Positions 1 to 10,537 of a stretch of DNA of 64,000 nt are shown here, in pieces. Origin of the DNA: Cyanobacteria bacterium P01_A01_bin.123. Lineage in GTDB: Bacteria > Cyanobacteriota > Cyanobacteriia > Phormidesmidales > Phormidesmidaceae. The notes under the pieces were generated by a model. It saw only the letters and a list, made by a program, of their open reading frames with translations. It ran no database searches and had not been told where the DNA came from. Position numbers and translations under genes: made by a program. Every line of letters begins with the position of its first letter. Position 1 is the first letter of the stretch. The stretch covers positions 128,001-192,000 of the forward strand of contig JBCBZT010000009.1 in assembly GCA_039815185.1 (NCBI GenBank). The letters are read 5' to 3'.

Positions 1-274
1 AGACCACAGCGATATTTTTCGAGCATTGCTGCGTCCCGGCGATCGCCTACACTTAGTCCCCGTTCCTGGGCATTTATCGGAGTCGACTGAAACGCTAGCC
101 GCGATCGCCAAAGCGACCTGTTCTCAACTAGCCCAGTGCCAGTCTCATCGTGATGTCATGACTGCGTTAGAAACGGTAGCGTCTACGCCAGCAGAGAGGA
201 TGCCCGTAACCGTATTGTGTGGCTCCCTGTATCTCGTTGGCGATTTTCTTCACCGCCTCAAAACGCAGGCTTAA
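1..274 (+). CDS. folC: Bifunctional folylpolyglutamate/dihydrofolate synthase, C-terminal part (5' truncated by window edge)
   Basis: Frame open from base 2 (DHSDIFRALL...); ends with the FolC C-terminal motif VLCGSLYLVGDF. Confidence 0.85.
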   Translation, partial: DHSDIFRALLRPGDRLHLVPVPGHLSESTETLAAIAKATCSQLAQCQSHRDVMTALETVASTPAERMPVTVLCGSLYLVGDFLHRLKTQA

Positions 275-750
275 GACTTTTGAGCCCCCAGCATCAACCG
301 GCTAAGTTCAAGAATGGGCAAAAACAGTTCGGCTTCTTGGGGGGTTAAATACTGCCGCACTACATCTTGCATAACCGTATAAGTGACATCACAGCTCCGC
401 TCGGCTCGAAAAGACTGCATGATGGTTTGAAACCACATCAAGAATCGTTCCCGATAGGTTTCCGCATCATCCAACAAAAGCGCCACGGCGGCATAACGCA
501 ATACCCTCACCGTATCTCGCTTCCACTTGGCACTCATGTCTACCGTCCCACTGATGAGTAGGGTCGGATCAATCGCCGCCATCTTTTGCTGGACTTGATC
601 GACAATGGCAACCTCTGCTTTTTGTAATCGCTGATAGGCACTAAAGCGTGTCCGTGCTGATTTTAAGTAGGTTTGCAAAAACAAAAGTTCGCGGTCGGTG
701 GCGTAGCGTCCATCAGTGGCGATACTCAGGTGTTCAAGCTGGCTTAACAT
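271..750 (-). CDS. Phycobiliprotein/globin-like fold protein, probably not chromophorylated
   Basis: ATG at 750 (MLSQLEHL); DGRYAT and KRD...LRY motifs resemble allophycocyanin; Trp at the usual chromophore Cys position. Confidence 0.7.
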   Translation of the reverse strand: MLSQLEHLSIATDGRYATDRELLFLQTYLKSARTRFSAYQRLQKAEVAIVDQVQQKMAAIDPTLLISGTVDMSAKWKRDTVRVLRYAAVALLLDDAETYRERFLMWFQTIMQSFRAERSCDVTYTVMQDVVRQYLTPQEAELFLPILELSRLMLGAQKS

Positions 751-880
751 AAAGAACTCTATACCTTTGGCGGAAACGCAATCGTCTAACAGGCTTATGC
801 CTAAGCAGCTAAAAGTTTCTAGCAATTTCTATGTAAAAACTTTGAGCTAGCCCAAGACCAAAGATATAGTCTAAAGCTTT

Positions 881-1231
881 TTAGTATCTCGGTATCGATG
901 GGTCAATCCTGCAGGCGTAGGCATCAATCCCCCCGACTAAATTTTTGACGTGGGTAAAGCCTTGCTGGGCCAGCCATTGGCACATTTGCGCCGACCGCAT
1001 GCCGTGATGGCACATGACAATAGTTTCAATGGATGGATCAAACCGTTGGGCGATGGTCTCTGCCCACTCGGCATATTCACTCAACGGTAAATTTTCAAAC
1101 TGCTCTAGGGCCGCGATCGCCACTTCCTGAGGTTCTCGCACATCGATGAGCTGTAGCTGCTCATCCGCCGTCAGCCATTTTTGCTGAAACGCCTGGACGT
1201 CAATTTCTGCAAAGGGTGGGGGAGATGTCAT
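881..1231 (-). CDS. Rhodanese-like sulfurtransferase
   Basis: LIDVREP, active-site loop CHHGMRS, NLVGGIDA. Confidence 0.9.
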   Translation of the reverse strand: MTSPPPFAEIDVQAFQQKWLTADEQLQLIDVREPQEVAIAALEQFENLPLSEYAEWAETIAQRFDPSIETIVMCHHGMRSAQMCQWLAQQGFTHVKNLVGGIDAYACRIDPSIPRY

Positions 1232-1242
1232 CAGGTATAAAT

Positions 1243-2223
1243 TTATGACAACCAGCGAGCAATGTCTTTGGCGTGGTAAGTCAGCACCAAGTCAGCGCCG
1301 GCCCGCTTGAAGCTGGTCATGGTTTCAAGCACCACTTTTTCCTCATCGATCCAGCCGTTGAGGGCCGCTGCCTTAATCATCGAGTATTCTCCTGAGACGT
1401 TGTAGGCCGCAACAGGTAGATTGGTAGCTTCTTTTACCCGCCAAATGATGTCCATGTAAGAGAGGGCGGGCTTCACCATCAACATATCAGCGCCCTCGGC
1501 AATATCTAGGGCAATTTCCTTCAAAGCTTCTTGGCCATTGGCCGGATCCATCTGATAAGTCCGGCGATCGCCAAATTGAGGGGCAGATTCTGCGGCATCC
1601 CGAAAGGGGCCATAATACGCCGACGAATACTTAGCTGCGTAAGACAAGATGGGTAGATGCTCAAATCCAGCGTCATCTAGGCCACTGCGAATAGCCTGCA
1701 CAAAGCCGTCCATCATGCCAGAAGGGGCGATGATATCGGCCCCGGCGTTAGCTTGAGAAACAGCCGTTTTCTTCAACAGTTCCAACGTTGGATCGTTGAG
1801 CACCCGCCCGGTTAAATCCCCGACCTCTAAATAGCCACAATGGCCGTGGGAGGTATATTCGCAGAGGCATGTATCCACGACGACCATCAGATCGGGCACA
1901 GCCTGTTTTACCGCTTCTGTGGCCTTTTGAACAATGCCACAGTCATGCCATGCCCCCGTTGCTTCGGTATCTTTGTCATCGGGAATGCCAAAGAGAATAA
2001 TTGAGGGAATGCCCAAGTCATAAACCGCTTTTGCCTCGTCCACAATCTTGTCGACGGAAAGCTGAAATACCCCTGGCATGGAAGACACTTCTTGAGCCAC
2101 GCTGCTGCCCGGAACCGCAAATAGGGGATAGATCAAGTCATTCGTGGTGACAATATTCTCCTGCACCATGCGACGCAGTTGAGGATGGTTCCGTAGACGG
2201 CGGGGGCGATGGGTCGGAAACAT
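1243..2223 (-). CDS. hemB: Porphobilinogen synthase (ALA dehydratase)
   Basis: RPRRLR N-terminus, [14 protein letters not shown]n site, SYAAKY and MVKPA Schiff-base lysines; ATG at 2223. Confidence 0.97.
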   Translation of the reverse strand: MFPTHRPRRLRNHPQLRRMVQENIVTTNDLIYPLFAVPGSSVAQEVSSMPGVFQLSVDKIVDEAKAVYDLGIPSIILFGIPDDKDTEATGAWHDCGIVQKATEAVKQAVPDLMVVVDTCLCEYTSHGHCGYLEVGDLTGRVLNDPTLELLKKTAVSQANAGADIIAPSGMMDGFVQAIRSGLDDAGFEHLPILSYAAKYSSAYYGPFRDAAESAPQFGDRRTYQMDPANGQEALKEIALDIAEGADMLMVKPALSYMDIIWRVKEATNLPVAAYNVSGEYSMIKAAALNGWIDEEKVVLETMTSFKRAGADLVLTYHAKDIARWLS

Positions 2224-2425
2224 AGGGGTGTCAGTGGATAAGATTAACAATGAACATGGGGTGTGGTGAAAAACGAAAGTCGTCTGAAACGGCCAACCCG
2301 GTTATTCAAACACCTTAAACCCGAGTAGATTGTTTTAAAGTCTAAAGCCTGACTGTACCCAATGCTCACTCAAAAAGTTACGTTCTGTGAAAGCCATCCT
2401 GAAAGGCGTGTTCATGCTGTTTCTC

Positions 2426-2446
2426 TTTCGGAGACGCTGCGCGAAC
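2426..2446. repeat. 21-nt short dispersed repeat (TTTCGGAGACGCTGCGCGAAC) inserted into a copy of the 28-bp repeat
   Basis: Removing it restores CTCAAGTTTTCAAA, as seen in the copies at 46975 and 55028. Confidence 0.55.
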
Positions 2447-2469
2447 AAGTTTTCAAATCGGGTGTGGTT
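2447..2469 (+). repeat. Dispersed 28-bp repeat, copy 1 (interrupted)
   Basis: AAGTTTTCAAATCGGGTGTGGTT matches 46975..47002 and 55028..55055. Confidence 0.65.
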
Positions 2470-2538
2470 TATGTTACGAGCGTTTCGGTTGTGTGCTATC
2501 GTTATTACCCGTGTTTGAAAATTGGCACATTCTTGAGT

Positions 2539-2610
2539 GGGTCGCTAGCTCAGCGGTAGAGCACTCGGCTTTTAACCGATCGGTCCTGGGTTCGAATCCC
2601 AGGCGACCCA
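2539..2610 (+). tRNA. trnK: tRNA-Lys (anticodon UUU)
   Basis: Acceptor stem GGGTCGC/GCGACCC, D arm TAGCTCAGCGGTAGAGC, anticodon loop CTTTTAA, T loop GGTTCGAATCC; no encoded CCA. Confidence 0.97.
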
Positions 2611-2995
2611 TACGCTTAAATATTTCGGGTTTCAACATGCTGGGGTTCAGGAGTTAATTGTTGGCAGGCTAGCTCCAAGTCAACATCTGATCACAGAGGA
2701 TTCAGCATCCTGCTGCAAGCCATTGATGACCTCTGATATCCTATTCTTAAGAAAGAGTTCAGATTTTTAATCAACTTTGTATGGAACCTGCGATGAGTCA
2801 CACTGGGTCACCCAACGCTGGATCGTTCAGGTTCTTAAAGATACTCTGGGTTGGGTCTTGCTTTAAGTTCTGGGTAAGATTTAGCTGTTTGTCAGAGATG
2901 TCTTAAAATTAATAGGTAAGAACACCTATTGAATCTTTTGAGTTCACCGACTGAATTCAATTGCTTAAAGGCGAGAACACGATTAGGAGGATTAT

Positions 2996-4075
2996 ATGGC
3001 GCTTGTCCCCATGAGGCTGCTGCTGGATCATGCGGCTGAGAACGGTTACGGCATTCCTGCTTATAACGTCAACAACCTTGAGCAGATCCTGTCCATCATG
3101 GATGCTGCTAAAGAAACAGATAGCCCCGTTATTTTGCAAGCATCTCGGGGTGCTCGTAAGTATGCGGGTGAAAACTTCTTGCGTCACTTGGTTCAAGCTG
3201 CGGTTGAGACCCATCCTGAAATTCCTGTGGTCATGCACCAAGACCACGGCAATAGCCCGGCGACCTGCTACTCTGCTATCCGCAACGGGTTTACCAGCGT
3301 CATGATGGACGGTTCTCTAGAAGCAGATGCGAAAACCCCTGCAAGCTTTGAGTACAACGTCCAGGTAACTGCCGAAGTCGTGAAAGTAGCCCACGCCATC
3401 GGTGCCAGTGTAGAAGGAGAACTGGGTTGCCTGGGTTCTTTGGAAACCGGTCAGGGAGAAGCAGAAGACGGTCATGGCTTTGAAGGTGCCCTCAGTAAAG
3501 ATCAATTGCTGACCGATCCGGATGAAGCGGTGCAGTTTGTTCAAGCCACCCAAGTGGATGCTTTGGCGGTTGCCATTGGGACTAGCCATGGTGCTTATAA
3601 GTTCACTCGTAAGCCCACTGGTGAAATTCTGGCCATTAGCCGCATCGAAGAAATTCACTCTCGTCTGCCCAATACCCACCTAGTCATGCACGGGTCTTCT
3701 TCTGTGCCCCAAGAGTGGTTAGATCTGATCAATAAGTATGGGGGGCAGATTCCTGAGACCTACGGTGTACCGGTTGAAGAAATTCAGAAGGGTATCAAGA
3801 GCGGCGTGCGCAAGGTGAATATTGATACCGACAATCGTTTGGCCATTACCGCTGCCATTCGCGAAGCTGCTGCGCAGGATCCTTCTAACTTTGACCCCCG
3901 CCACTTCATGAAGCCTGCAATCAAATACATGAAGCAGGTTTGCCGCGATCGCTATGAGGCCTTCGGCACCGCTGGCAACGCGAGCAAAATCAAGCAAGTC
4001 CCGGTAGATGTCTTTGCCGCTAAGTACGCTTCTGGCGAACTAGAGGCCAAGGTCAAGTCTGCAGCGGTTGTGTAG
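2996..4075 (+). CDS. fbaA: Class II fructose-1,6-bisphosphate aldolase
   Basis: [43 protein letters not shown]. Confidence 0.97.
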   Translation: MALVPMRLLLDHAAENGYGIPAYNVNNLEQILSIMDAAKETDSPVILQASRGARKYAGENFLRHLVQAAVETHPEIPVVMHQDHGNSPATCYSAIRNGFTSVMMDGSLEADAKTPASFEYNVQVTAEVVKVAHAIGASVEGELGCLGSLETGQGEAEDGHGFEGALSKDQLLTDPDEAVQFVQATQVDALAVAIGTSHGAYKFTRKPTGEILAISRIEEIHSRLPNTHLVMHGSSSVPQEWLDLINKYGGQIPETYGVPVEEIQKGIKSGVRKVNIDTDNRLAITAAIREAAAQDPSNFDPRHFMKPAIKYMKQVCRDRYEAFGTAGNASKIKQVPVDVFAAKYASGELEAKVKSAAVV

Positions 4076-4141
4076 ATTGCTTAAGTTGTTTTTGAGTCTT
4101 TGAGCAACTGTTCGTGACTCAAAACGCCGCCGAATAATTGC

Positions 4142-4173
4142 AAAGGGGGATGGCTTTGTACGCCATCCCTTTT
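4142..4173 (+). terminator. Intrinsic terminator of fbaA
   Basis: GGGATGGC-loop-GCCATCCC followed by TTTT; a second hairpin TTTTGAGTC/GACTCAAAA lies at about 4090-4124. Confidence 0.75.
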
Positions 4174-4355
4174 ATTGTCTGGCAATCGCCACAATGCGCT
4201 TGAGAAATTATCGTAAATCAACGCTTTGAATCTTCGATCGGTGGTGATGGGATGATAGAACGGGAGAGCGGATTCGGCGGATGATTCCAGCTTGAGGCGA
4301 TTTTCCCGATTAGAATGCCTGATATCGCCCTATTGACACCTAGCCCCTGTAGTTC

Positions 4356-5492
4356 ATGGTTGACATTCTTGTTATTGACGATGATTTGGCAACCCAGAAG
4401 TTGCTCAAGCAGGTGTTTCAAAAAGATCCGTACACCATTGTTTGTGCAGATACAGGGGCAGCGGGGATTCGCCTAGCCCAATTAATCAAGCCAGCCTTGA
4501 TTATCTGCGATTGGGTTTTTCCAGAGGGGTTGGACGGCCTCGAAATTTGCCGCCGGATTAAGGCAGATCCGGCGTTTGAAACAACTTTCTTTATGATTCT
4601 GACTTCCCGCGCAGGCACTGCAGAGCGGGTCGAAGGCTTGGAAGCTGGCGCAGACGATCTGCTGTTTAAGCCTGTAGATTTTGGGGAACTCAAGGCTCGG
4701 GTCAAGGCAGGCTTGAGGATACATCAACTCACCCAAGCCCTAAAACATCAAAAACTGCTGCTCGAAGCAGAGCTCACTGAAGCTGCCGATTATGTTCGCT
4801 CTCTGCTGCCGTCTAATCTAACGGGAAAGGTGCCAATTACGGCCCAATTCATCCCCTCTAGCAAGCTTGGTGGCGACTGTTTCGACTATTACTGGCTCGA
4901 TCCTGACTATTTGGCCATTTACCTATTGGATGTATCGGGACACGGGTTAGGGTCGGCGCTATTGTCAATTTCCGTGCTCAATCTGTTGCGGTCTCAATCG
5001 TTGCCTGGAGTCAATTTTTATCGTCCTGAAAAGGTGCTGAGCGCTTTGAACGACACCTTTCAAATGGATGATCAGCACGACAAATATTTCACGATTTGGT
5101 ACGGCGTCTACAACCATGCCAAACGCCAACTCGCCTATGCTAGTGCGGGGCATCCACCTGCTATTTTGATCTCGGCTCAGGGAGAAGCCAGCGAGGTGCA
5201 ACAATTACGCACCCCGGGTATGCCCATTGGCATGATGCCAGATGCACGATTTAGTTGGCAGCGCTGCCAGGTTGCCCCGGATAGTCGTCTCTATGTCTTC
5301 AGCGACGGTATCTATGAAAGTCAGAATATCTCCGATGGCGCCGCAGATTTTGATTTGCAGCACTTTATAAAAATTTTGGCCACTAATCCCACTGACAATA
5401 GTGTGGGAAAAATCCTAGATACCGTCCAGCAGTATCGACAAAACTGCACTTTTGAGGATGATTTGTCCCTACTAGAAGTGTGGCTAAAGTAA
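4356..5492 (+). CDS. Response regulator receiver + PP2C/SpoIIE phosphatase (RsbU-like)
   Basis: IDDD...ICDW...FKP receiver; GGDCFD, DVSGHG, SAGHPP, FSDG, EDDLS phosphatase motifs. Confidence 0.9.
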   Translation: MVDILVIDDDLATQKLLKQVFQKDPYTIVCADTGAAGIRLAQLIKPALIICDWVFPEGLDGLEICRRIKADPAFETTFFMILTSRAGTAERVEGLEAGADDLLFKPVDFGELKARVKAGLRIHQLTQALKHQKLLLEAELTEAADYVRSLLPSNLTGKVPITAQFIPSSKLGGDCFDYYWLDPDYLAIYLLDVSGHGLGSALLSISVLNLLRSQSLPGVNFYRPEKVLSALNDTFQMDDQHDKYFTIWYGVYNHAKRQLAYASAGHPPAILISAQGEASEVQQLRTPGMPIGMMPDARFSWQRCQVAPDSRLYVFSDGIYESQNISDGAADFDLQHFIKILATNPTDNSVGKILDTVQQYRQNCTFEDDLSLLEVWLK

Positions 5493-5528
5493 ATTCGGAG
5501 CGGAACTAAAATAATTAGCTGATTGCGA

Positions 5529-5852
5529 TCAGCGGTTTGCGATCGTGGCTTCGAATTCCTGACGATCGCCAAACATGTCAAAAACCCGATCCATGCTGGT
5601 TAACTCAAACAGCATCCGCAGCTGTTCGTTAATTGAGCAAATATACATTTGGCGATCGCGTGCTTTAACCGCTTTTAGCGCAACCACCAGGGCACCGAGC
5701 CCGGAACTATCGACAAAGGTAATGTCTTTGAGATCAATCAACAGCGTATCCGCCCCAGACTCTAAGGCAGCCTCAACCTGTGTGCGAAAATCTGCAGCCT
5801 TTGTGCTGTCAAGAATACCGCTTGGCTCGATCACTTTTACATTTGGACCCAT
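5529..5852 (-). CDS. STAS-domain anti-sigma factor antagonist
   Basis: DLKDITFVDSSGLGALV motif with the phosphoacceptor Ser; likely start MGPNVK at 5852. Confidence 0.9.
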   Translation of the reverse strand: MGPNVKVIEPSGILDSTKAADFRTQVEAALESGADTLLIDLKDITFVDSSGLGALVVALKAVKARDRQMYICSINEQLRMLFELTSMDRVFDMFGDRQEFEATIANR

Positions 5853-6050
5853 GATGCTCGACATTCGTATCGGCCTACAACAATAGCAAAGATCTTCGTA
5901 AATCAGCGTTGCCCTTCTATGGAGTACCAAGCATCCCTATGATAATGATATCGGATCAGATGCCAGATTCTAGCTAGAACAACCGACTCCAGACAAATAG
6001 TACCCTGTTATTAAGACCAACACACGGAAGCTGATGTGTGATGTTTGGGT

Positions 6051-7826
6051 TTATCTTTCGACGAGACGAATAAACAGGGAACCTTGTCGTAGAGACTGAC
6101 GACTAGAGGGGCGACCCCTAATCGCTAAGGACTGTAAATGGTCTAACCAGGGTTGGCCCCATCGACTAGCCCACTGAACCGTTGGCAATTGAGATTCTAG
6201 AATAGGGCGTAGGGTTGGCCAGTCGAGGTAGAACGTACCGATATCAGTTTTGGCACTGGTCTGAGGCAGAGGCGCGATCGCAGTTTGGAAAAGCGGATTA
6301 GCTGCAATAGAATTTTGAGTCGCTTTTAGGGCTTGATCCAAGGCTTGGGCAGAGCTAGCCAAAATCCCGTAATCATCCACCTCAGCCAGCAGCCCCTTCA
6401 CCTCTGCTTGGAGTTGAAGCCCATTGGTAGCCGTAGACGCCGTAGATAGGACTGTCCAGGCGGTTACTGGGGTGTCTCCTAACTGTAGAGGGCCGACGTT
6501 GAAGCCACTTTCTCGGGCAAGTTGGTTGAGTGGGTCACTAAAGATTTCCGGCGTCGATTGTGGCAATTGAGTGACGAAAATCCAATCCGGTTGAGTCGAC
6601 TGACGCCCTGGGACAGCGGCTAGGGCATAGGGGCGATCGCCCCAAATAAAATTCAGTCCAGAGATGTCATCTGCAAGTGAAGCTGTTGAGAGTCGTTTAG
6701 GCAAGCGAGTCGTGAGTTGCTCCCCAAATTCGGCGGTTAACGTTGCCAGCAGCTGATCTAAATGATTACCACTGGCAGCTAGGGTTGCTGAGGGCGGAAT
6801 GTGGCGCAGGGCTTTAGCTGTGGACAGATCAGCCGGGGTATTTAGAGTTGCATTTGACCCATCAGTAAGGGTTAAAACGGTATCGGCTAAAATCCCTTGG
6901 GGATGGAGGTGAAAGGCCAGCAATAAGGTATCCAGCGGCGGCGTCTCTGACTCAATCAGAGACGCTGGTAGTGAGTCGTCGGTCAGTCCTATCCAGCGGT
7001 TAAACGCCGATAAGTTGATGTAAGTTAACCCAATGGGATGAGACGCTAAGGTTTGGAGGGTACGCTGGTATATCGGCGATTGGACTAAATTCAAATCGCG
7101 GGCTTGGGCAGTGGTAATGGCCTGACGCAGCACCGCCGGATCATTCGCAAAGAGCAAAAACTGGTTGCCCACAACGGCACTGGCCATAGATTGATGGGCC
7201 GCGGGTACTTTACGGGCTGCATCGGATCCGGCAAAGTTAACAGCTTGGGGTTGTTGGTAAATCAGCTGCACGCCAGCATATTGTTCAAACAGAAGGCTAG
7301 CCCCTGCGATCGCGCGCTTTTGCCAAAATAGCTGCATAAATTCCCGAGCCCGATTGCCGTCCTGGCTGGCAATCGCCCAGAGATAACCCGGTTGTTCTCC
7401 GTTGCTGGGATCGCGATCGCGATCGATCGCGGTGACTGCGAAGGTAATCTCATTGCCCAACCACGCTTGAACATCTTGTTCGTAGTTCACGCCAATGGGG
7501 TCTAGCAAGGTCCGTTTAAGCTGAGCCACTTCCGCAATCGCTTGGCGACGATGGGCAGGGGAGGCAACAATTTCTCGCAATCTCAAAAGTCGATCAGGAT
7601 TCACCAGCAGCGACAGCATTAACGGCGATCGCTTGGGGACAAAAATTGCCGCCGATGGCGCCGCTAGTGCCTCATTTTGGAGGGCGTTCAACGGTCTTTG
7701 AAGCGTTATCCCCAAGAAGCCACCAATGCCACCTAAGAAAAGCATTGACCCTGTAATCGCTAGGGCGACGATAAACGTACGAAATTTCATCAAAACACTC
7801 AATGCTGCCTTGACTGTCAAACCCAT
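6051..7826 (-). CDS. DUF3352-family membrane-anchored protein
   Basis: N-terminal TM segment, FVPKRSP..SLLVNP, YEQDVQAWLGNEITFA typical of the cyanobacterial family. Confidence 0.7.
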   Translation of the reverse strand: MGLTVKAALSVLMKFRTFIVALAITGSMLFLGGIGGFLGITLQRPLNALQNEALAAPSAAIFVPKRSPLMLSLLVNPDRLLRLREIVASPAHRRQAIAEVAQLKRTLLDPIGVNYEQDVQAWLGNEITFAVTAIDRDRDPSNGEQPGYLWAIASQDGNRAREFMQLFWQKRAIAGASLLFEQYAGVQLIYQQPQAVNFAGSDAARKVPAAHQSMASAVVGNQFLLFANDPAVLRQAITTAQARDLNLVQSPIYQRTLQTLASHPIGLTYINLSAFNRWIGLTDDSLPASLIESETPPLDTLLLAFHLHPQGILADTVLTLTDGSNATLNTPADLSTAKALRHIPPSATLAASGNHLDQLLATLTAEFGEQLTTRLPKRLSTASLADDISGLNFIWGDRPYALAAVPGRQSTQPDWIFVTQLPQSTPEIFSDPLNQLARESGFNVGPLQLGDTPVTAWTVLSTASTATNGLQLQAEVKGLLAEVDDYGILASSAQALDQALKATQNSIAANPLFQTAIAPLPQTSAKTDIGTFYLDWPTLRPILESQLPTVQWASRWGQPWLDHLQSLAIRGRPSSRQSLRQGSLFIRLVER

Positions 7827-7970
7827 GACTTTACTGCTCTACCGAAATGCAGCCGCCGCCATGTCAAGACATAGTGTATTACTCCAAGGCTTATTCAAAC
7901 CCTTGGAGACTCAATTTTGCCACCAAAACTTAAGACTTCAGTAATCCGCAGCGCCTTAGTGAAACAGCCT

Positions 7971-8576
7971 CTAAAGGGATGGGGTTGACCGCCAAACCGC
8001 CACCAACTGCCCCTGCACTTCAACTTGCTCTGCGGGAAATGGCATTTCGTCGTAATTAGGATTGGCGGGCTTAAGGGTGATCGTGTCTCCCTTCAAGTAA
8101 AAATATTTGAGCGTCGTTGTACTCTCAACCCGAGCCGCTACGATGGTGCCATTTTTGATCGCCTTGGGATCAGCCACTGGACGCATGATCACGATATCTC
8201 CATCATCGATTAAGGCTTCAATCATGCTGTCACCACTGACACGGAGGGCAAAGTCTTTTGGCTTAATCGGCAGCGTGGTTAAATCCAGACGCTCTGAGGT
8301 ATCTGGAAAAACCTCAACCATTGAACCTGCGGCGATCGCCCCCAGGATCGGTACCCCTCGACCTGCTTGCAACAGCCGAATCGTTCGAGCTTTCCCCTCT
8401 GTCCAGTCGATATAGCCCTTATTCTTTAGATGGTCTAAACGACTTTGAATCGGCGCAGGGGACTTCAAACCCATTGCTTTCATCATTTGACGAATAGAAG
8501 GGGAATGCTGGTTATCTCGGATATACTCTACGAGCCAGTCATACAGCTCTTGTTGGGCGTCGGTTAGAGATTCCAT
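7971..8576 (-). CDS. lexA: Transcriptional repressor LexA
   Basis: SPSIRQM winged HTH, IAAG cleavage site, VSGDSM catalytic Ser, TLK catalytic Lys. Confidence 0.96.
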   Translation of the reverse strand: MESLTDAQQELYDWLVEYIRDNQHSPSIRQMMKAMGLKSPAPIQSRLDHLKNKGYIDWTEGKARTIRLLQAGRGVPILGAIAAGSMVEVFPDTSERLDLTTLPIKPKDFALRVSGDSMIEALIDDGDIVIMRPVADPKAIKNGTIVAARVESTTTLKYFYLKGDTITLKPANPNYDEMPFPAEQVEVQGQLVAVWRSTPSL

Positions 8577-8627
8577 GGTACCGATTAATAAACAGTGATT
8601 TGAAGGATACTTGACTACCCCTCAACA

Positions 8628-8641
8628 AGAACAAGCGTACC
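8628..8641 (-). promoter_or_regulatory. Cyanobacterial LexA box upstream of lexA
   Basis: Minus strand GGTACGCTTGTTCT fits RGTAC-NNND-GTWCB; about 50 bp upstream of the lexA start. Confidence 0.7.
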
Positions 8642-8705
8642 AACAAAACTTCAAAATGTCTATTTAGATCTATGAATCTTTATTTGATCAGAAAATAATG
8701 GACAA

Positions 8706-8731
8706 CAAAAAAGCGCAGCGTTAGCCGCGCT
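8706..8731 (-). terminator. Intrinsic terminator of sigA
   Basis: Minus strand AGCGCGGC-TAAC-GCTGCGCT followed by a T run. Confidence 0.65.
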
Positions 8732-8775
8732 CTCAATCAGCATCCAGTCATGTCATTCAAGACCAGCGCTAGAAC

Positions 8776-9903
8776 CTAGCGAATATACTCCTTCAGCACG
8801 CTATTGCGGTTGGGATGACGCAGCTTACGCAGTGCTTTGGCCTCAATCTGGCGAATCCGCTCACGGGTGACGTTGAAAATTTGACCAATCTCCTCTAAGG
8901 TCTTCATGCGGCCATCATCTAGGCCATAACGCAGACGTAGGACATCACGCTCACGAGGCGACAGGGTCCCCAGAACACCCTCTAAGTCTTCCCTTAACAG
9001 GCTCTTAGAGACTTGATCTTCAGGAGTTTCACCATCAGATTCAATAAAATCACCCAGGCGAGAATCTTCTTCCTTACCGATCGGCGTTTCCAGAGAAATG
9101 GGGAGTTGGGCTGACTTCGCAATGAACCTCAGCTTCTCGATCGTCATTTCCATCCGAGTGGCAATTTCTTCTTCAGTGGGCTTACGACCCAACTCTTGGG
9201 AAAGAAGTTTTGTCGTCTTCTTGATACGAGAGATCGTCTCATAGAGGTGAACTGGAAGACGAATGGTGCGGGACTGATCCGCGATCGCTCTGGTGATTGC
9301 CTGACGAATCCACCAGGTCGCATAAGTCGAAAACTTATAGCCTTTCTCGTGGTCAAACTTTTCAGCTGCCCGAATTAAGCCTAGACTTCCTTCCTGAATT
9401 AAATCTTGGAAAGACAGCCCCCGGTTCATATACTTCTTTGCAATCGAAACAACGAGGCGGAGATTCGATTGAACCATTTTGTCCTTGGCTCGACGTCCCA
9501 GATGGAGACGACGACGAAACGCTGGTAGTGGCATTTCGACAGCTTCAGCCCACTCGCCATCATTGGGTTCCCGTTCAAGAGACTCAGCTAACTGTTCACG
9601 AATCCGCTCTAGTTCCAGCAGATCAGAAATCTTACGGGCCAGTTCAATCTCTTCTTCTGCCCGCAGCAAACGGATGCGGCCAATTTCCTGTAGGTAGAGA
9701 CGAATGGAATCTTCTGTATAAGGCTTCTTCTTAGTTTGAGCACGACGGCGGGTTGCTTTCCCCTTCGTGGCCTTTACTGGTTCTTCCTCAGCGGCTTCCG
9801 AACTTTGAGGCGTGAAACCCTCGTTGCCATCGTTATCAATCAAGAGATCTAGATCACTGGTAGGTTCAATGGTTCCGAGTACATTGTTAGCTGCTTGGGT
9901 CAT
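8776..9903 (-). CDS. sigA: Group 1 (principal) RNA polymerase sigma factor
   Basis: [73 protein letters not shown]. Confidence 0.96.
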   Translation of the reverse strand: MTQAANNVLGTIEPTSDLDLLIDNDGNEGFTPQSSEAAEEEPVKATKGKATRRRAQTKKKPYTEDSIRLYLQEIGRIRLLRAEEEIELARKISDLLELERIREQLAESLEREPNDGEWAEAVEMPLPAFRRRLHLGRRAKDKMVQSNLRLVVSIAKKYMNRGLSFQDLIQEGSLGLIRAAEKFDHEKGYKFSTYATWWIRQAITRAIADQSRTIRLPVHLYETISRIKKTTKLLSQELGRKPTEEEIATRMEMTIEKLRFIAKSAQLPISLETPIGKEEDSRLGDFIESDGETPEDQVSKSLLREDLEGVLGTLSPRERDVLRLRYGLDDGRMKTLEEIGQIFNVTRERIRQIEAKALRKLRHPNRNSVLKEYIR

Positions 9904-10331
9904 GCCGCGTTCCTCATGCTCCTTAATCGTTCAAAATCAAAAATTCGAGCTTACGTCCCAATTGTTGGGTGCAAACTCAGGTGTTGGGGCTGACATTCTA
10001 GGAGAATGCTACTTAGCTTCAATCTCAATGCTGTGGCGTCGATCAACGCCGAAAACCCTTAGCTCCCATCAGGTTCATCAAGGACGTAACGAACCCAGTT
10101 AGCGTGGGCATCTTCAAATTGTAGCTTTTCAAACAAATAATGCGCCATAAGATTTGGAGCAATTCTTTTGAAATCAGGTTAGTTGATTCAAACCTAACCC
10201 AGCTGATCTGAATAGTGACGCCAGTGTATTTACTTAGCATAGCTATTCTACCTAGAAGCCGCCATAGAATCCGCCAAACGGCTTATTTTCCTCTGGATAG
10301 CCTTATTTCCCTTACATGGAAAACTGTCTTT

Positions 10332-10372
10332 GCATAGAGAATCGTGGCGCTCGCCGCAATGATTCTCTATGC
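10332..10372. other. Intergenic hairpin
   Basis: GCATAGAGAATC...GATTCTCTATGC 12-bp perfect inverted repeat between the sigA upstream region and the receiver gene. Confidence 0.55.
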
Positions 10373-10537
10373 TGCAGCATTAGGACGCTCTTAAATCGCC
10401 AGTCCCCCTTGGAGGCAAGAACTTTAGCAACTGCTATACCGGCTTCTCACTAAACAGATACAGACAATGCCCTAAAGGCCTGATGCAGGCTCAGATATGC
10501 CTATACAGAGCTTTTTCAAATGGAAGGCGATTGACCT

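Noticed and set aside
2362..2559. 65-aa ORF upstream of the tRNA
   Set aside because: It runs through repeat elements and into tRNA-Lys, with no recognisable protein features
2539..2610. tRNA-Lys as an integration site for an island
   Set aside because: No duplicated tRNA 3' end or integrase was seen, and housekeeping genes flank it
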